64,000 nucleotides of DNA from Bacteroidota bacterium (GTDB lineage: Bacteria; Bacteroidota; Bacteroidia; Flavobacteriales; Flavobacteriaceae): NCBI GenBank assembly GCA_039715085.1, contig JBDLIB010000001.1, positions 691 to 64,690 of the forward strand, in the 5' to 3' direction. A program made the translations under genes and the position numbers. Below are positions 9,420 through 19,371 of this stretch, in pieces. A model generated the notes under the pieces. The model was given only the letters and a program-made list of their open reading frames with translations, was not told the DNA's origin and did no database searches. Numbering within the stretch: the stretch's first letter is position 1; the number at the start of each line of letters is the position of its first letter.

Positions 9420-11102
9420 ATGACAAGAGTTTGGTTAAGTGAAATTCAATTTAGTGATGATAGTAAAATTGAAATAAACAAAAATGACATTGTTGTTCTT
9501 GTTGGCCCCAATAATGCGGGAAAGAGTGCAACCTTAAAAGAGGCTGCTAGTTTTTTACGAGCCAAAAACAGTAGTGGAAAAGTATTAAAAGATATTTCTA
9601 TTCAAAAAAGTGGTAATAAAGATGAACTCATTTCGTTTTTAGGAAATTTTGCACAGAAAAAATTCTCAGGAAGTCCAAAACCTTCATATGAAGGTTTTGG
9701 ATTTAATATTTATGAATCCAATGCAGAATCTTATTGGAATAGAACTGAAAATGGATTATCTGAACTTGCCAATATTTTTGTAAATACATTATCTACAGAG
9801 CAAAGATTATCTGCGGCAAATCCACCTCAAAGCATTAAAATAACATCTCAAGCTCCTCAACATCCTATTCATTTTTTACAAAAAAATGACAGCTTAGAAA
9901 AAAAGTTCAGTGAATACTTTAAGCAAGCTTTTGGAAGTGACTTGATTGTCCATCGAAATGCAGGAAATGAAGTGCCTTTATATGTTGGAGAAAAACCAAT
10001 TCCAAAAGCTGGGGAAGATAGAGTTTCTGAAGGATATTTAAATGAATTGGAAAAACTTGATTTACTTCATCAGCAAGGTGATGGAATGAGAAGTTTTGTT
10101 GGTGTTTTGTTAAACACATTTATTTCAAATCATTCTATTTTATTTATAGATGAGCCAGAAGCTTTTTTACACCCACCGCAAGCTAGATTGCTTGGAAAAA
10201 TGCTCGCAAAAGACCTACCAACAGAAAGGCAACTATTCTTGGCTACACATAGTGAAGATTTTTTAAAAGGTTTATTAGACACAAACCTTGCAAATCTTAA
10301 AATTATAAGAATTCAAAGAAATGAAGCCGTTAATAAAGTAAGTGTTTTAGATAGTGATGATATAAATGAAATATGGTCAGATTCACTTTTAAGACATTCA
10401 AATATACTAAGTGGCTTATTTCATTCTAAAGTAGTCATTTGTGAAAGTGACTCGGATTGCAGATTTTTTTCAGCTATTCTGTCTGCTCAATATGAAGAAG
10501 TTGGAGAAATTTCACCTGACATACTATTTATTCATTGTGGCGGAAAGCACAGAATCCCAACAGCAATTAAAGCTTTGAAAAAGTTAGAAGTTCCATTAAC
10601 TGTTGTTTCAGATTTTGACGTCTTAAATGATATTAATCCAATAAAACTCATTGTGGAAGACTTAGGAGGTGATTGGTCTGGTATTGAAGACGATTGGAAG
10701 CAAGTAAAAAAAGCAATTGAACAAAAAAGACCTGAATTTCTAACTTCAGATTTAAAAATAGAATTAGAAGATATATTAAGCTCTACAACTAATAGAATTT
10801 TTCCAAAAGCAAAAATATCAGAAATAAAAAGAGCTTTAAAAAAAGCTTCTGCTTGGACAGAAGCAAAAGAATTAGGAAAAGCATATATACCAAGCGGAAA
10901 TGCTACACAAGCTTTTGAACGAATACAAGTGAAATTTAAGGAAATAGGTTTTTTTATTCTTGAAGTTGGTGAATTAGAGTGCTTTGTCAAAAGTATTGGA
11001 AATCACGGACCAAAATGGGTAAGTGAAGTACTTGCAAAAAACTTAAAAACTGATCTAGAATTAGAAATAGCAAGAAAATTTGTTAAAGAATTTACAGCAT
11101 AA
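9420..11102 (+). CDS. fused ABC-type ATPase plus TOPRIM/DUF4435-like protein (OLD-family / PARIS AriA-AriB-like fusion)
   Basis: Walker A GPNNAGKSA, Walker B ILFIDEPEAFLHPPQ, TOPRIM-like VVICESDSDCRFF and VVSDFDVLND. Confidence 0.7.
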   Translation: MTRVWLSEIQFSDDSKIEINKNDIVVLVGPNNAGKSATLKEAASFLRAKNSSGKVLKDISIQKSGNKDELISFLGNFAQKKFSGSPKPSYEGFGFNIYESNAESYWNRTENGLSELANIFVNTLSTEQRLSAANPPQSIKITSQAPQHPIHFLQKNDSLEKKFSEYFKQAFGSDLIVHRNAGNEVPLYVGEKPIPKAGEDRVSEGYLNELEKLDLLHQQGDGMRSFVGVLLNTFISNHSILFIDEPEAFLHPPQARLLGKMLAKDLPTERQLFLATHSEDFLKGLLDTNLANLKIIRIQRNEAVNKVSVLDSDDINEIWSDSLLRHSNILSGLFHSKVVICESDSDCRFFSAILSAQYEEVGEISPDILFIHCGGKHRIPTAIKALKKLEVPLTVVSDFDVLNDINPIKLIVEDLGGDWSGIEDDWKQVKKAIEQKRPEFLTSDLKIELEDILSSTTNRIFPKAKISEIKRALKKASAWTEAKELGKAYIPSGNATQAFERIQVKFKEIGFFILEVGELECFVKSIGNHGPKWVSEVLAKNLKTDLELEIARKFVKEFTA

Positions 11103-11116
11103 ATAAAATAAGGAAG

Positions 11117-11264
11117 CTGCCAACAATATAGGTCAATTTACACCAAACCAGAAACATTTTTAGGCAATTTTAAATGTTTTCTCTTTTTAGATTATCAGAC
11201 TAATAAAATTCCTATTTTTAACATAAAATATACGGGGTTATTACACGAACCCCCGTTGTATGCA
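11117..11264 (+). repeat. junction element B, copy 2, from CTGCCAAC to GTTGTATGCA
   Basis: CTGCCAAC (11117-11124) is the reverse complement of GTTGGCAG at 9383-9390. It is followed by the conserved body, then the hairpin ACGGGG-N13-CCCCGT and GTTGTATGCA (11255-11264). Confidence 0.85.
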
Positions 11265-11435
11265 ATCCCCCTTCGATGAATATTTTAGATAACGTCGGGG
11301 AAAACCAAAAAAAGAGTTAAAAATAAGAAATAATAAAAATTCATAAACAATTGAAAACCAATGACTAATATTGATGTTGGTTGGAATGCTGAGAACGATA
11401 ATCACGATAATTTAAAAATATAAAAGTTAGAAATA

Positions 11436-12647
11436 ATGAAACCAAGAATTGCTCTTTTTGGATTACCTCCATTAAGCTCAGGAGAAATTAAAATATGGGC
11501 TTTTGCAAATCCTTCAGGAGGTAGTGCGGGCGATGAAATCTTCCAATCGGCTAATAACGAGGGTGGTAAAATATTAGACTTTGCTCATACTGACGTGGAA
11601 TTGGGCTGTACAATTACAATTCGGATTATGTCATCTGGCATATGTGAATACTCACACGAAATAATATATAATGGAGCTGACATCAGCCATGTTCCGAACT
11701 TTCGCAAGGAAACAAATACAACCGAAAAAGATGTTTCAAAAGATTGGGACATAAATTTATGGAAAAGTTGGAATCCACAAAAAGAACATCATGATGGATT
11801 AGAAGATGAGAAAAAATTTATCATGTTAAAAATTATATCTGTAGCTCCATTATGGGAATCATACTATGCGGATAGTAACATTGATTATTTAGAAAAATTT
11901 CATAAACTATGGATAGGTCTAAATTCTTTTGCGTCTCAATATTCAACTGAAACAGGAGACAAGAATAAAATTCTTGCACTAGTACAGTCTGATTTGCGTC
12001 AAGAATTTAATATGAAAATTAGCTCATTGACTAACCAAAAATCAGCAGATAAATGGAGAGAATTACAACGTGGAACTGGTCTTAATATGACCTCAGAAAT
12101 TGTACGTGATGAAATTAACACAACGTGTTCTAGCTTCGATTTTCTCGAATTAGCTAAGACAGCAACTGGACTATTCTCGGATATTTCAAAAGAACTTGAT
12201 GGATTGATTTTCTTAGATAAAAATATAGGTAAGGACGTTTTTCGTGATATTTTTTCTAGATATCATCAATATATGGCATCTGCTGAAGGAATTGTTCATC
12301 CTTTTATCCTTTCAGAAGCTTTTGCAAATCCAAGAGCTCCAGAATCTATAGTAAGAATTGGAAGACTAGTTTTTCATAATCCATATCTTTCATCTGATCC
12401 TGGAAACCTATTTAATTTAGGTGATTATTTTGGATCTGATTATTCTGCTGACACTTACCTAGGTCAAAGCATTCAAAAATTGAAAGATTGGGAGATCATC
12501 GATCCACTTTTTTTTAAATACCTGCTTGTCTTGTACAAGTTTCGTTGTGCATATTTTCATGGAGATTTGCCACCAAATAGGCAGAATAATGAATTGGCAA
12601 AGTCCGCTTATCAAAGTTTATATGAGATTTTTCCAGCTATACTTTGA
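11436..12647 (+). CDS. HEPN-motif protein (possible ApeA/Abi-like RNase)
   Basis: C-terminal helical region with Rx4H in YKFRCAYFHGDLPPN. The beta-rich N-terminal domain is unassigned. 403 aa. Confidence 0.45.
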   Translation: MKPRIALFGLPPLSSGEIKIWAFANPSGGSAGDEIFQSANNEGGKILDFAHTDVELGCTITIRIMSSGICEYSHEIIYNGADISHVPNFRKETNTTEKDVSKDWDINLWKSWNPQKEHHDGLEDEKKFIMLKIISVAPLWESYYADSNIDYLEKFHKLWIGLNSFASQYSTETGDKNKILALVQSDLRQEFNMKISSLTNQKSADKWRELQRGTGLNMTSEIVRDEINTTCSSFDFLELAKTATGLFSDISKELDGLIFLDKNIGKDVFRDIFSRYHQYMASAEGIVHPFILSEAFANPRAPESIVRIGRLVFHNPYLSSDPGNLFNLGDYFGSDYSADTYLGQSIQKLKDWEIIDPLFFKYLLVLYKFRCAYFHGDLPPNRQNNELAKSAYQSLYEIFPAIL

Positions 12648-12665
12648 TAAAGTAATCAAAGGCAC

Positions 12666-12768
12666 TGCATACAACAAAGAACTGAGGCAAAAACCAAATT
12701 TAATTTGGATAATTTTTGCATATAATTTTCATGGTAATACAGGTATTTTACGAAGGAGAGGTTAGTAT
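12666..12768 (+). repeat. degenerate third copy of junction element B
   Basis: Starts with TGCATACAAC (reverse complement of 11255-11264). Ends ACAGGTATTTTACGAAGGAGAGGTTAGTAT, which resembles ACGGGGTTATTACACGAACCCCCGTTG. Confidence 0.45.
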
Positions 12769-12842
12769 ATAGTTTTTTATAAGCAATATTGAAAGAGAGG
12801 TAATTAATATATTAAATTGAATTAGTTTGAAGAATCATACCA

Positions 12843-13664
12843 TCATTTAGATAATGTAATTCCTAAGTCCCTCTCCCCTCCATCTTCATTCAACTCCACA
12901 AAAACATTCTTCTCCTTTCCAACAGAAAACTTCGGTAAAACAATCACAAATTCAGACTTAGAATTTGCTCTTATTCTTTCAGGAAATTGATGTTTGTAAA
13001 GTGGTTTTATCTGGAGCATTTGAGAAGATTTTTTTGTTAAACTCGATTTGTTTTCAGTGAAAAATCGAAGGTAATTTACATCATAATCAATCTTGGATTT
13101 GTTATGAATTTCAACTAAATAATATAATGTATTTTTATGATAAGCTATATCCTTAATGACTAACCTGATCTGGTATTTTTGTTTGGATTTATTTAGATTT
13201 CTTCGTGAATTTTTTAGAAATGAAGCACAGTTTTTAGCATATTGATCTTTAGCCTTTACTATTGTCTTCTTAATTGTGTTTGGGTGTTTTTGAAATGCTT
13301 GTACCTTCTTCTCTTTGGGAATTTCATTTCCGATACTCTCTTCTATTTTGATAAAATAATTGAGTTTTGGAAGTGTCTTTGAATACTTTAAAATATAGGA
13401 ATATACCTGTCCGTCATTGGTGATTGTTAACAGGTTACTTTTCAATCCCGGTGTTGCTTGTAATAATCCAAAATATTGCTCTTTTTCTTTATTATGTGTA
13501 AATACAAAATTGGATCTTCCAACAATTCCCTGGCGAATTGGTTTCGGAAAGAACAGGGATACTGTTTTATTATTATTAGCATAGATCGTATCTAATGATC
13601 TGGTATTTTGTGCTTGTGTTATTGCTGTTATTAATAGTAGTATAATGCTTGTTGATATTTTCAT
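12843..13664 (-). CDS. traN: conjugative transposon protein TraN-like (DUF4138-like), secreted
   Basis: Signal peptide ending TQAQ. Size and position after TraM fit a CTnDOT-type gene order. Confidence 0.7.
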   Translation of the reverse strand: MKISTSIILLLITAITQAQNTRSLDTIYANNNKTVSLFFPKPIRQGIVGRSNFVFTHNKEKEQYFGLLQATPGLKSNLLTITNDGQVYSYILKYSKTLPKLNYFIKIEESIGNEIPKEKKVQAFQKHPNTIKKTIVKAKDQYAKNCASFLKNSRRNLNKSKQKYQIRLVIKDIAYHKNTLYYLVEIHNKSKIDYDVNYLRFFTENKSSLTKKSSQMLQIKPLYKHQFPERIRANSKSEFVIVLPKFSVGKEKNVFVELNEDGGERDLGITLSK

Positions 13665-14584
13665 AATTTTTGTTTTAGTAAAAGTTTATAATTATTTGTT
13701 ATTGTAACTTTTGTATTTCTGTTGGAGCGTTGGAATACATTCTTAAAGACATCTACCGACGGTATCCCCGGGATATTGATATTATCAACTACATCACCCA
13801 CAATTGCCTTGGAAACATCTATCTTAAAATTGTTTACAGCGTAGATTCCTTCATTACCGTCCTGCAGGTCAAAAGCTTTTAAGCTTACCGATTTGTTCTG
13901 GATATTGGTAATGTGTATCATCACTCTGTTGGGTTTGAAACTGACAAACCCATAGAGGTAAGTGTTTTTAGGAATTAGTCTATTATTTATAGTTGCTGTC
14001 TCTGTCAACCTTAGTCTCAATCGACTATGTGTTTTTACCATTTGCTCCCCTGAAACAACTACCGGAATAAACTCATCCGTCTCTTTATTTGTGTTTTGAT
14101 TTTCATCTTTAGGTACTGATATAAAAAAAGATTGGTGGGATTCTTTAATTCTTTTTGTACTATTTTCCTGAAAATTCTTAATACTGTCATTTGTGGATTT
14201 TTTAAATGGGGGTAAACTTGTTTTTGGTGTTCTTCTATACCTGCTTTCAGTATAATTTATTCTCCCCTGATTGTAAATGCTATCTACAATTCGCTGTTTC
14301 TCTTTATCTAACAGATCCGGATCAAATACTCCGGAAGAATCCAATAACCTTTCATCATAGATGCTGGGCGCATTTCTTTTTTGTATTTCTTTCAGGTCAT
14401 TAATGGCATCCAGTTTAGAACTGTATTCTTCCTGTTCATCTTGTAGTTCCGGGATTGGAATTTTATTGGAATCTAATTCAGTTTCCTCTTCATCCTGAAA
14501 GACCATCATGGAGTATGTGATTATAAAAAGGATCACAATTCCTATGATCATCCCAAATACTATTTTATTCTTTTCAATTTTCAT
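13661..14584 (-). CDS. traM: conjugative transposon protein TraM-like
   Basis: N-terminal TM helix. C-terminal beta domain (VVSGEQMVKTHSRLRLRL...LQDGNEGIY). Overlaps both traK and traN. Confidence 0.7.
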   Translation of the reverse strand: MKIEKNKIVFGMIIGIVILFIITYSMMVFQDEEETELDSNKIPIPELQDEQEEYSSKLDAINDLKEIQKRNAPSIYDERLLDSSGVFDPDLLDKEKQRIVDSIYNQGRINYTESRYRRTPKTSLPPFKKSTNDSIKNFQENSTKRIKESHQSFFISVPKDENQNTNKETDEFIPVVVSGEQMVKTHSRLRLRLTETATINNRLIPKNTYLYGFVSFKPNRVMIHITNIQNKSVSLKAFDLQDGNEGIYAVNNFKIDVSKAIVGDVVDNINIPGIPSVDVFKNVFQRSNRNTKVTITNNYKLLLKQKL

Positions 14585-15188
14585 CTTCTATCTTTTTTAA
14601 AGTGTTTTCATAAAAATCTGTGATCAATAAGCCATGTGTGTTCTTTGGGAAATTCCTGTCTACATGGATTATTTTTCCTGAAGTTTTAAGTTCATATTTA
14701 TCAATTGTGGCTCCTCGATTGATCTCAAAAATTACTGTGGTTTGAAATTGGTAAGGATCTTTTTGAATTTCAATTCTTGAGCTAATACTTTTTACTTTTT
14801 GAACCAATGAATATTGGAGCAACCTGTTGTAAACTCCATCTGATTTTTTCTGACGGTAGAGTTCATCCACCGTACTATTTCCCAGCCATAATGCTTTGTC
14901 CAGATTCTTTTCATAATTGCTCGCATCTATGTTGTAGAAATATCGATGGAAAAGTTCCAGGTGTGCTAAAACTTCGACTTCTAAGTTCTCGTATTGGGTT
15001 ACAACTTTTAAGGGAAGGATACTGCCATCTGTATTAATGGCAAAAGCATTGTTCAAGTTCTGTTGGTGTAATTTATATACGATGACTGATGAAACAATAC
15101 TTAATACCGTGGCTCCCAGTATTACCGTTAGGACAATAAACCGGTTCAGCTTCAATACCGTGTAGATATTTTTATAGGGTGTTTTCAT
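14574..15188 (-). CDS. traK: conjugative transposon protein TraK-like
   Basis: 204 aa with a single N-terminal TM helix. Position between TraJ and TraM. Confidence 0.7.
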   Translation of the reverse strand: MKTPYKNIYTVLKLNRFIVLTVILGATVLSIVSSVIVYKLHQQNLNNAFAINTDGSILPLKVVTQYENLEVEVLAHLELFHRYFYNIDASNYEKNLDKALWLGNSTVDELYRQKKSDGVYNRLLQYSLVQKVKSISSRIEIQKDPYQFQTTVIFEINRGATIDKYELKTSGKIIHVDRNFPKNTHGLLITDFYENTLKKIEDEN

Positions 15189-15234
15189 AAATATTTTTTT
15201 TACTTCTTTCTACTTACTTTTTACTTCTCACTTC

Positions 15235-16065
15235 TTATGCACTGAATAACCGTAAAACAAATGAGGTTGCCCTTTTGTATAATTTGAATTTCAGGAATAC
15301 GATAAACATAATAGATCCCATTTCTACGATGATCTTTATCGTACCGTTATTGGTGGAAGCTCCTAACAGGTTGGACCAAAAATTGGTGTTGATCTCCGCA
15401 TAAAGTGTATTGACAAAAACATTGACCAGGAAAAATGCCGGCACCAGCATATACACTCCCGCATAGAGTTTGAAAAAAGTATAGGCCATCGTTCTGAACT
15501 TTTCAAAAACGGATAAAGCAATAATTAGCGGAAAAAATGCCTGCATGATTCCCAAAAGGAAAAACCGCTCTGCTAAGAAGAGGGGGTAAATGAATAAGTC
15601 CAATACCCATAAAAACAATCCGATGATGAAAGACAAGATCTTTACTCCGTAAAGCGGTGTAACCAAAGCTTCAAATAATAAGGCCATTGCCTTTTTGGTA
15701 GCTTCCAGAGCTCCTACGTCCTGTTCAATTTCTATGTCCTGCATTTGTAAAGGGATCAATGCCGGAGCTGTATTTCTATACTGTGATTCTATAGACACCA
15801 AAATATTGTCAAAAACATCCAGAACCTGTGTCGAGAATATGACTATAATCACAATGGCAAAATTCTTTATCAGGTCTGTAGGGCTTAATCCCCATGTGTA
15901 ACCGTCCTTATCGGCTGCTCCTTCGTAATATTTTTTAAGGATATTGATCAAAAAGAAAAGTACTGCCAGGGTTTTCATCCCGGTAATGGTGTATTGTGAG
16001 AAATCACTATCCTTTATTGTAGTAAAAACAGCATCTACATATTCTAATCCTATACTTAAAAACAT
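15235..16065 (-). CDS. traJ: conjugative transposon protein TraJ-like (polytopic membrane, VirB6-like role)
   Basis: 276 aa with multiple TM helices. Follows the VirB4-like ATPase and the DUF4141-like gene. Confidence 0.7.
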   Translation of the reverse strand: MFLSIGLEYVDAVFTTIKDSDFSQYTITGMKTLAVLFFLINILKKYYEGAADKDGYTWGLSPTDLIKNFAIVIIVIFSTQVLDVFDNILVSIESQYRNTAPALIPLQMQDIEIEQDVGALEATKKAMALLFEALVTPLYGVKILSFIIGLFLWVLDLFIYPLFLAERFFLLGIMQAFFPLIIALSVFEKFRTMAYTFFKLYAGVYMLVPAFFLVNVFVNTLYAEINTNFWSNLLGASTNNGTIKIIVEMGSIMFIVFLKFKLYKRATSFVLRLFSA

Positions 16066-16098
16066 GGTTTGGTTAGTTGTTTGTTTAGGTTATATTAT

Positions 16099-16668
16099 TT
16101 AATTGATCGCAATCCTGTTATTGATCTTTTCCTGCATTTCCCTAAAGGAGATGATCTCCTGGTAGATCCTTGTTTTCTGGTCAATTTCAGCAACCATTTC
16201 TTTAGATGCTAGTTCCTTTTCTTTTAAGATTACTGTACGCTCCGCGTCGGTCATTTTAAAATAATCACTGGAAAGGATCTGGTTGATATATTCCAGGTCT
16301 TCCAAAGACATTTCTATAATGGCATTAAAGGAGTCGGATATTCTTAGGATCTCATCGGGTTTGATATATGGAGAGTTTAATATCTGTCTTAATTCATCTC
16401 TTACCTTATTGAATAATCGTTGGTTATTTCGGTAGAGCTCTTGTACAGCTTTGAGCTGTTTTACCACATTACTTACCTTTTCAATTCTTTCTTTTTGCTC
16501 TTTTAGAAATTTTACGGTCTTAAATAGTTCAGATGTCTGTTTTGCAGATTCTATCAATGATTTTCCCAATGCTATAAAATTGGTATTATCATAAACAAGC
16601 ATCCCTTGGGCTTGAACTTGTGCAGACAAAAAGAGTATTATCATTAATGTTATAAATTTTGTTTTCAT
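16099..16668 (-). CDS. DUF4141/TraI-like secreted coiled-coil conjugation protein
   Basis: Signal peptide ...SAQVQAQ, coiled-coil-rich, 189 aa. Position between traG and traJ. Confidence 0.55.
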   Translation of the reverse strand: MKTKFITLMIILFLSAQVQAQGMLVYDNTNFIALGKSLIESAKQTSELFKTVKFLKEQKERIEKVSNVVKQLKAVQELYRNNQRLFNKVRDELRQILNSPYIKPDEILRISDSFNAIIEMSLEDLEYINQILSSDYFKMTDAERTVILKEKELASKEMVAEIDQKTRIYQEIISFREMQEKINNRIAIN

Positions 16669-16700
16669 AATCTTTTGGTTTTATTTGTTGTTTGATTGAT

Positions 16701-19100
16701 TTAGATCTTATTAAATTCAAGTATGGCTTTTTTCATATTTTTTGTTTTATTATAAATGGCCATTATTGCCTCGTTTTCGGCTCCGTCAGTAAGATATGCT
16801 GCATATACTTCTTTGGGAACTTCCAATCGAAAGATGTTACTTTCCTTACCTATCTTGATGAACATCTCTGTATATTTTCTCTTTCCACTAAGGTCATTCT
16901 TGATGGATCTTAATTGGTTAAGGTCATGATTAGTGAGGCTTAACCTCTTTTGTAATTCATCATATCCCTTTTCATTATTTAAGCTGTAGATCACCTGCGT
17001 ATTCTCTAAAATACTTGCCGATGTTGCATTATTGGGAAGTTGATTGATGGATTGCAGGATAATACCAATAGCTCCATTCTGTTTTCTAATGGCCTGGTAA
17101 TAGAATTCTACACTTTCCAATACATTGTCAAACTTGAGTTGTTTGGCAAATTCATCAAATAAGATAATTCCTTTTTCTGCTTTGTTTCTCCATATGGTTC
17201 TCTGAATAGCTGACTTGATCAGTTTTAGCATTACCGAAAGGATCTCTTTATTATCCTTGATCTCATCCAATTCAAAGACGATCATTTTTTTGTCTTCTAT
17301 TTTATAGGTCTGGTCTTCATTCACTTCAAACAAAAAACTATACAATCCGTCTCCTACATATTCCGACAGGATATGTAAAAAATCTTCAATGTTAAAATGT
17401 TCTTTTTGTATATGTAATTCCTGTAAAAGTGTTTGCTTTTCCCTTTCTATAAAATCATAAAGGCTGCTTAAAGAATGATTATCCTTAGTGTCTTTATAAT
17501 AAAAACGAAGGATTTTCTTTAAAGACACTTCCTGTGCTTTGGTAATATCTACACCTGTAGCATACAGTTCAAAGAGGAAAGTAGCTAAGTCTTCCAAGCG
17601 TTCCGGGCAGACATCGCCTGCCTTTGATATGTAAAATGGATTAATTCCCAAGTTTTTACCTTGTTCATACCTTAAAATGATATGGTCTTCCGGATACAGC
17701 TTGGCAAACTTAGCATAAGATCCCCCCAGATCAATAATGACCAACCTAACCTCACTTTCAAAATATTGTCTTAATATATTATTTGCTAAAAAGGATTTAC
17801 CTTCTCCCGTTGGTGCGAAAATGGCAAAGTTCCTGGCTTTTATTCTTTTCTTTTTTTCATCCCAGACATCCTTCAGTACAGGGATATTATTTTGCCTGTC
17901 GTTAAATATGATCCCCTTTTCATCCGATTTGTAATTGGTATTATTAATGTATAAACACAAAGCGTGTTTAAGATCGGTTACATACAGGTCTTCATTGGAA
18001 AAATTAGAAGAAAAACAGAAATAACTATTCATAATAAAGTTTTTTCTTTCTTCTCCTTTTGGATAATATGGTACTATGTCCAATTCTTTGAATTCTGTCT
18101 TTATCTTAGAGGCAATCGTTTTTAGGTGTCGAGCTTCTCGACTCCAGAAGATGATATTTAAATGACCTCGAATAATTCTGGAAGTATCATCACTGTTTAT
18201 CTGGTCAACGATGTGTTCGATCTTTTTAAGTACTACCTTGTTTTGTGTGCCAAAATTGGAACTCTTGTTGAGGTCCTCTATTTTTTTGTCTAAGATCTTT
18301 CGCCATTTTTGTTTGTCATCTAAATAGATAATCTGGTTAATAATATGATTTTCTTGTAGATCAAGTCCTAAACCATCGATAAAGCCTTGGTGAAAGATAA
18401 AATCGTCGGAAGTGAATTTATCATTGGTTTTACTGCTCTGTACATTTTCACCAAAACACAGTTCACTGTTTACTGCCAATACATCAAAATAATTATCCCC
18501 AATAGCAATATTGGATTTGTTTAATAAAATGTCCGTATCAAAACCTTCATTAAATCCATTAAAATAATCAAAGGTGAGGTCTAAGGCCTCCTCTTCAACT
18601 AAAGGGGTAAGTGTCATTTTCTTTGTGTTATTGATATAGGAAACAGCATCGTTTACAGCCGCAATAAATTCCTGTACTTTATGATCTATCTTCTTATGAA
18701 CTCCTTTTTCAACTTCTACAAAAGGGTTGGTATATTTTGCAGTATTCATAGCTTTATTAAATGGAAGAATAAAAAATAAACAAGAATTGTGTTTTAAGTG
18801 CTCTCTTCCTTTAAAGTGATCATGGGTAGCTTTTTCTAAAAAGCTTTTATTTGGAAGTATCTCTGCTGTATATTCCTTTCTTTGATAGATATCTTGTTTG
18901 TGTATTATCGATGTATTTGGCAATGATTTTAATGCCTGGAACCAGGAGGTATGGATATCTTCAAAATCTTTTTCCGATAAAGAATATATCTCAGGCAGGT
19001 CTGCTTTATAGCAAACAACTACATTTCCATTAGCGGCGAACACAATGTTTTCTTCCATTGCCAAAATGGGAAAATATCCGGATAGATTAATCTTCTTCAT
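16701..19100 (-). CDS. traG: TraG-family conjugative transposon ATPase (VirB4-like)
   Basis: 799 aa, Walker A FAPTGEGKSF, Walker B-like GIILFDEF. Preceded by two small TM proteins. Confidence 0.85.
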   Translation of the reverse strand: MKKINLSGYFPILAMEENIVFAANGNVVVCYKADLPEIYSLSEKDFEDIHTSWFQALKSLPNTSIIHKQDIYQRKEYTAEILPNKSFLEKATHDHFKGREHLKHNSCLFFILPFNKAMNTAKYTNPFVEVEKGVHKKIDHKVQEFIAAVNDAVSYINNTKKMTLTPLVEEEALDLTFDYFNGFNEGFDTDILLNKSNIAIGDNYFDVLAVNSELCFGENVQSSKTNDKFTSDDFIFHQGFIDGLGLDLQENHIINQIIYLDDKQKWRKILDKKIEDLNKSSNFGTQNKVVLKKIEHIVDQINSDDTSRIIRGHLNIIFWSREARHLKTIASKIKTEFKELDIVPYYPKGEERKNFIMNSYFCFSSNFSNEDLYVTDLKHALCLYINNTNYKSDEKGIIFNDRQNNIPVLKDVWDEKKKRIKARNFAIFAPTGEGKSFLANNILRQYFESEVRLVIIDLGGSYAKFAKLYPEDHIILRYEQGKNLGINPFYISKAGDVCPERLEDLATFLFELYATGVDITKAQEVSLKKILRFYYKDTKDNHSLSSLYDFIEREKQTLLQELHIQKEHFNIEDFLHILSEYVGDGLYSFLFEVNEDQTYKIEDKKMIVFELDEIKDNKEILSVMLKLIKSAIQRTIWRNKAEKGIILFDEFAKQLKFDNVLESVEFYYQAIRKQNGAIGIILQSINQLPNNATSASILENTQVIYSLNNEKGYDELQKRLSLTNHDLNQLRSIKNDLSGKRKYTEMFIKIGKESNIFRLEVPKEVYAAYLTDGAENEAIMAIYNKTKNMKKAILEFNKI

Positions 19101-19371
19101 AATTTAAAAGGCTTGATTTTTTATTACTGATACTTTTTGGAAAAACTTTTTTTAAGTGTAATAGTGTCGGGTTGTTTGTTAGCTGAATCAATACTACAAA
19201 GAGTAATGCATTCAATAGTAAGACTGCCATAATTCCATAAAGGCTGAAGGAAAATATGATGAATAACAAAGAACCTATGACAGCCAACATCATTAAAGCA
19301 AACAGGGAAATTGGCAATCCCATGATAAGTGCCTGTTTTCGGATATTTTTATATACTTCAAACTTTTTCAT
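19087..19371 (-). CDS. traF: TraF-like small membrane protein (DUF4133-like)
   Basis: 94 aa with two or three TM helices. Overlaps the traG start. Confidence 0.6.
   Translation of the reverse strand: MKKFEVYKNIRKQALIMGLPISLFALMMLAVIGSLLFIIFSFSLYGIMAVLLLNALLFVVLIQLTNNPTLLHLKKVFPKSISNKKSSLLNYEED

Noticed and set aside
10532-10990. 152-aa minus-strand ORF; similar antisense ORFs include 371..583, 1170..1445, 6240..6545, 26130..26456, 32094..32405, 32719..33057, 44481..44771, 54536..54910 and 62140..62457
   Set aside because: All lie entirely inside longer ORFs on the other strand that carry clear domain signatures. Their composition is typical of AT-rich antisense frames.
9261-11264. Calling the B junction elements canonical integron attC sites
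   Set aside because: Apart from the R-type GTT/AAC ends, the element does not form the extended imperfect palindrome (R''-L''/L'-R') expected of attC. Its two outer parts are similar in direct rather than inverted orientation (CAATTTACACC vs TTATTACACG). No intI gene is in the window. I therefore report it only as integron-like logic.
9420-12647. Treating the ATPase/TOPRIM protein and the HEPN-motif protein as one two-gene system
   Set aside because: A 330-nt spacer containing a full junction element separates them, and each ORF has its own matching inverted flanks. This argues that they are independent units.
12526-12765. 79-aa plus-strand ORF overlapping the 3' end of the HEPN-motif gene
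   Set aside because: It is out of frame with, and mostly inside, the 403-aa ORF. The remainder covers the degenerate junction element.
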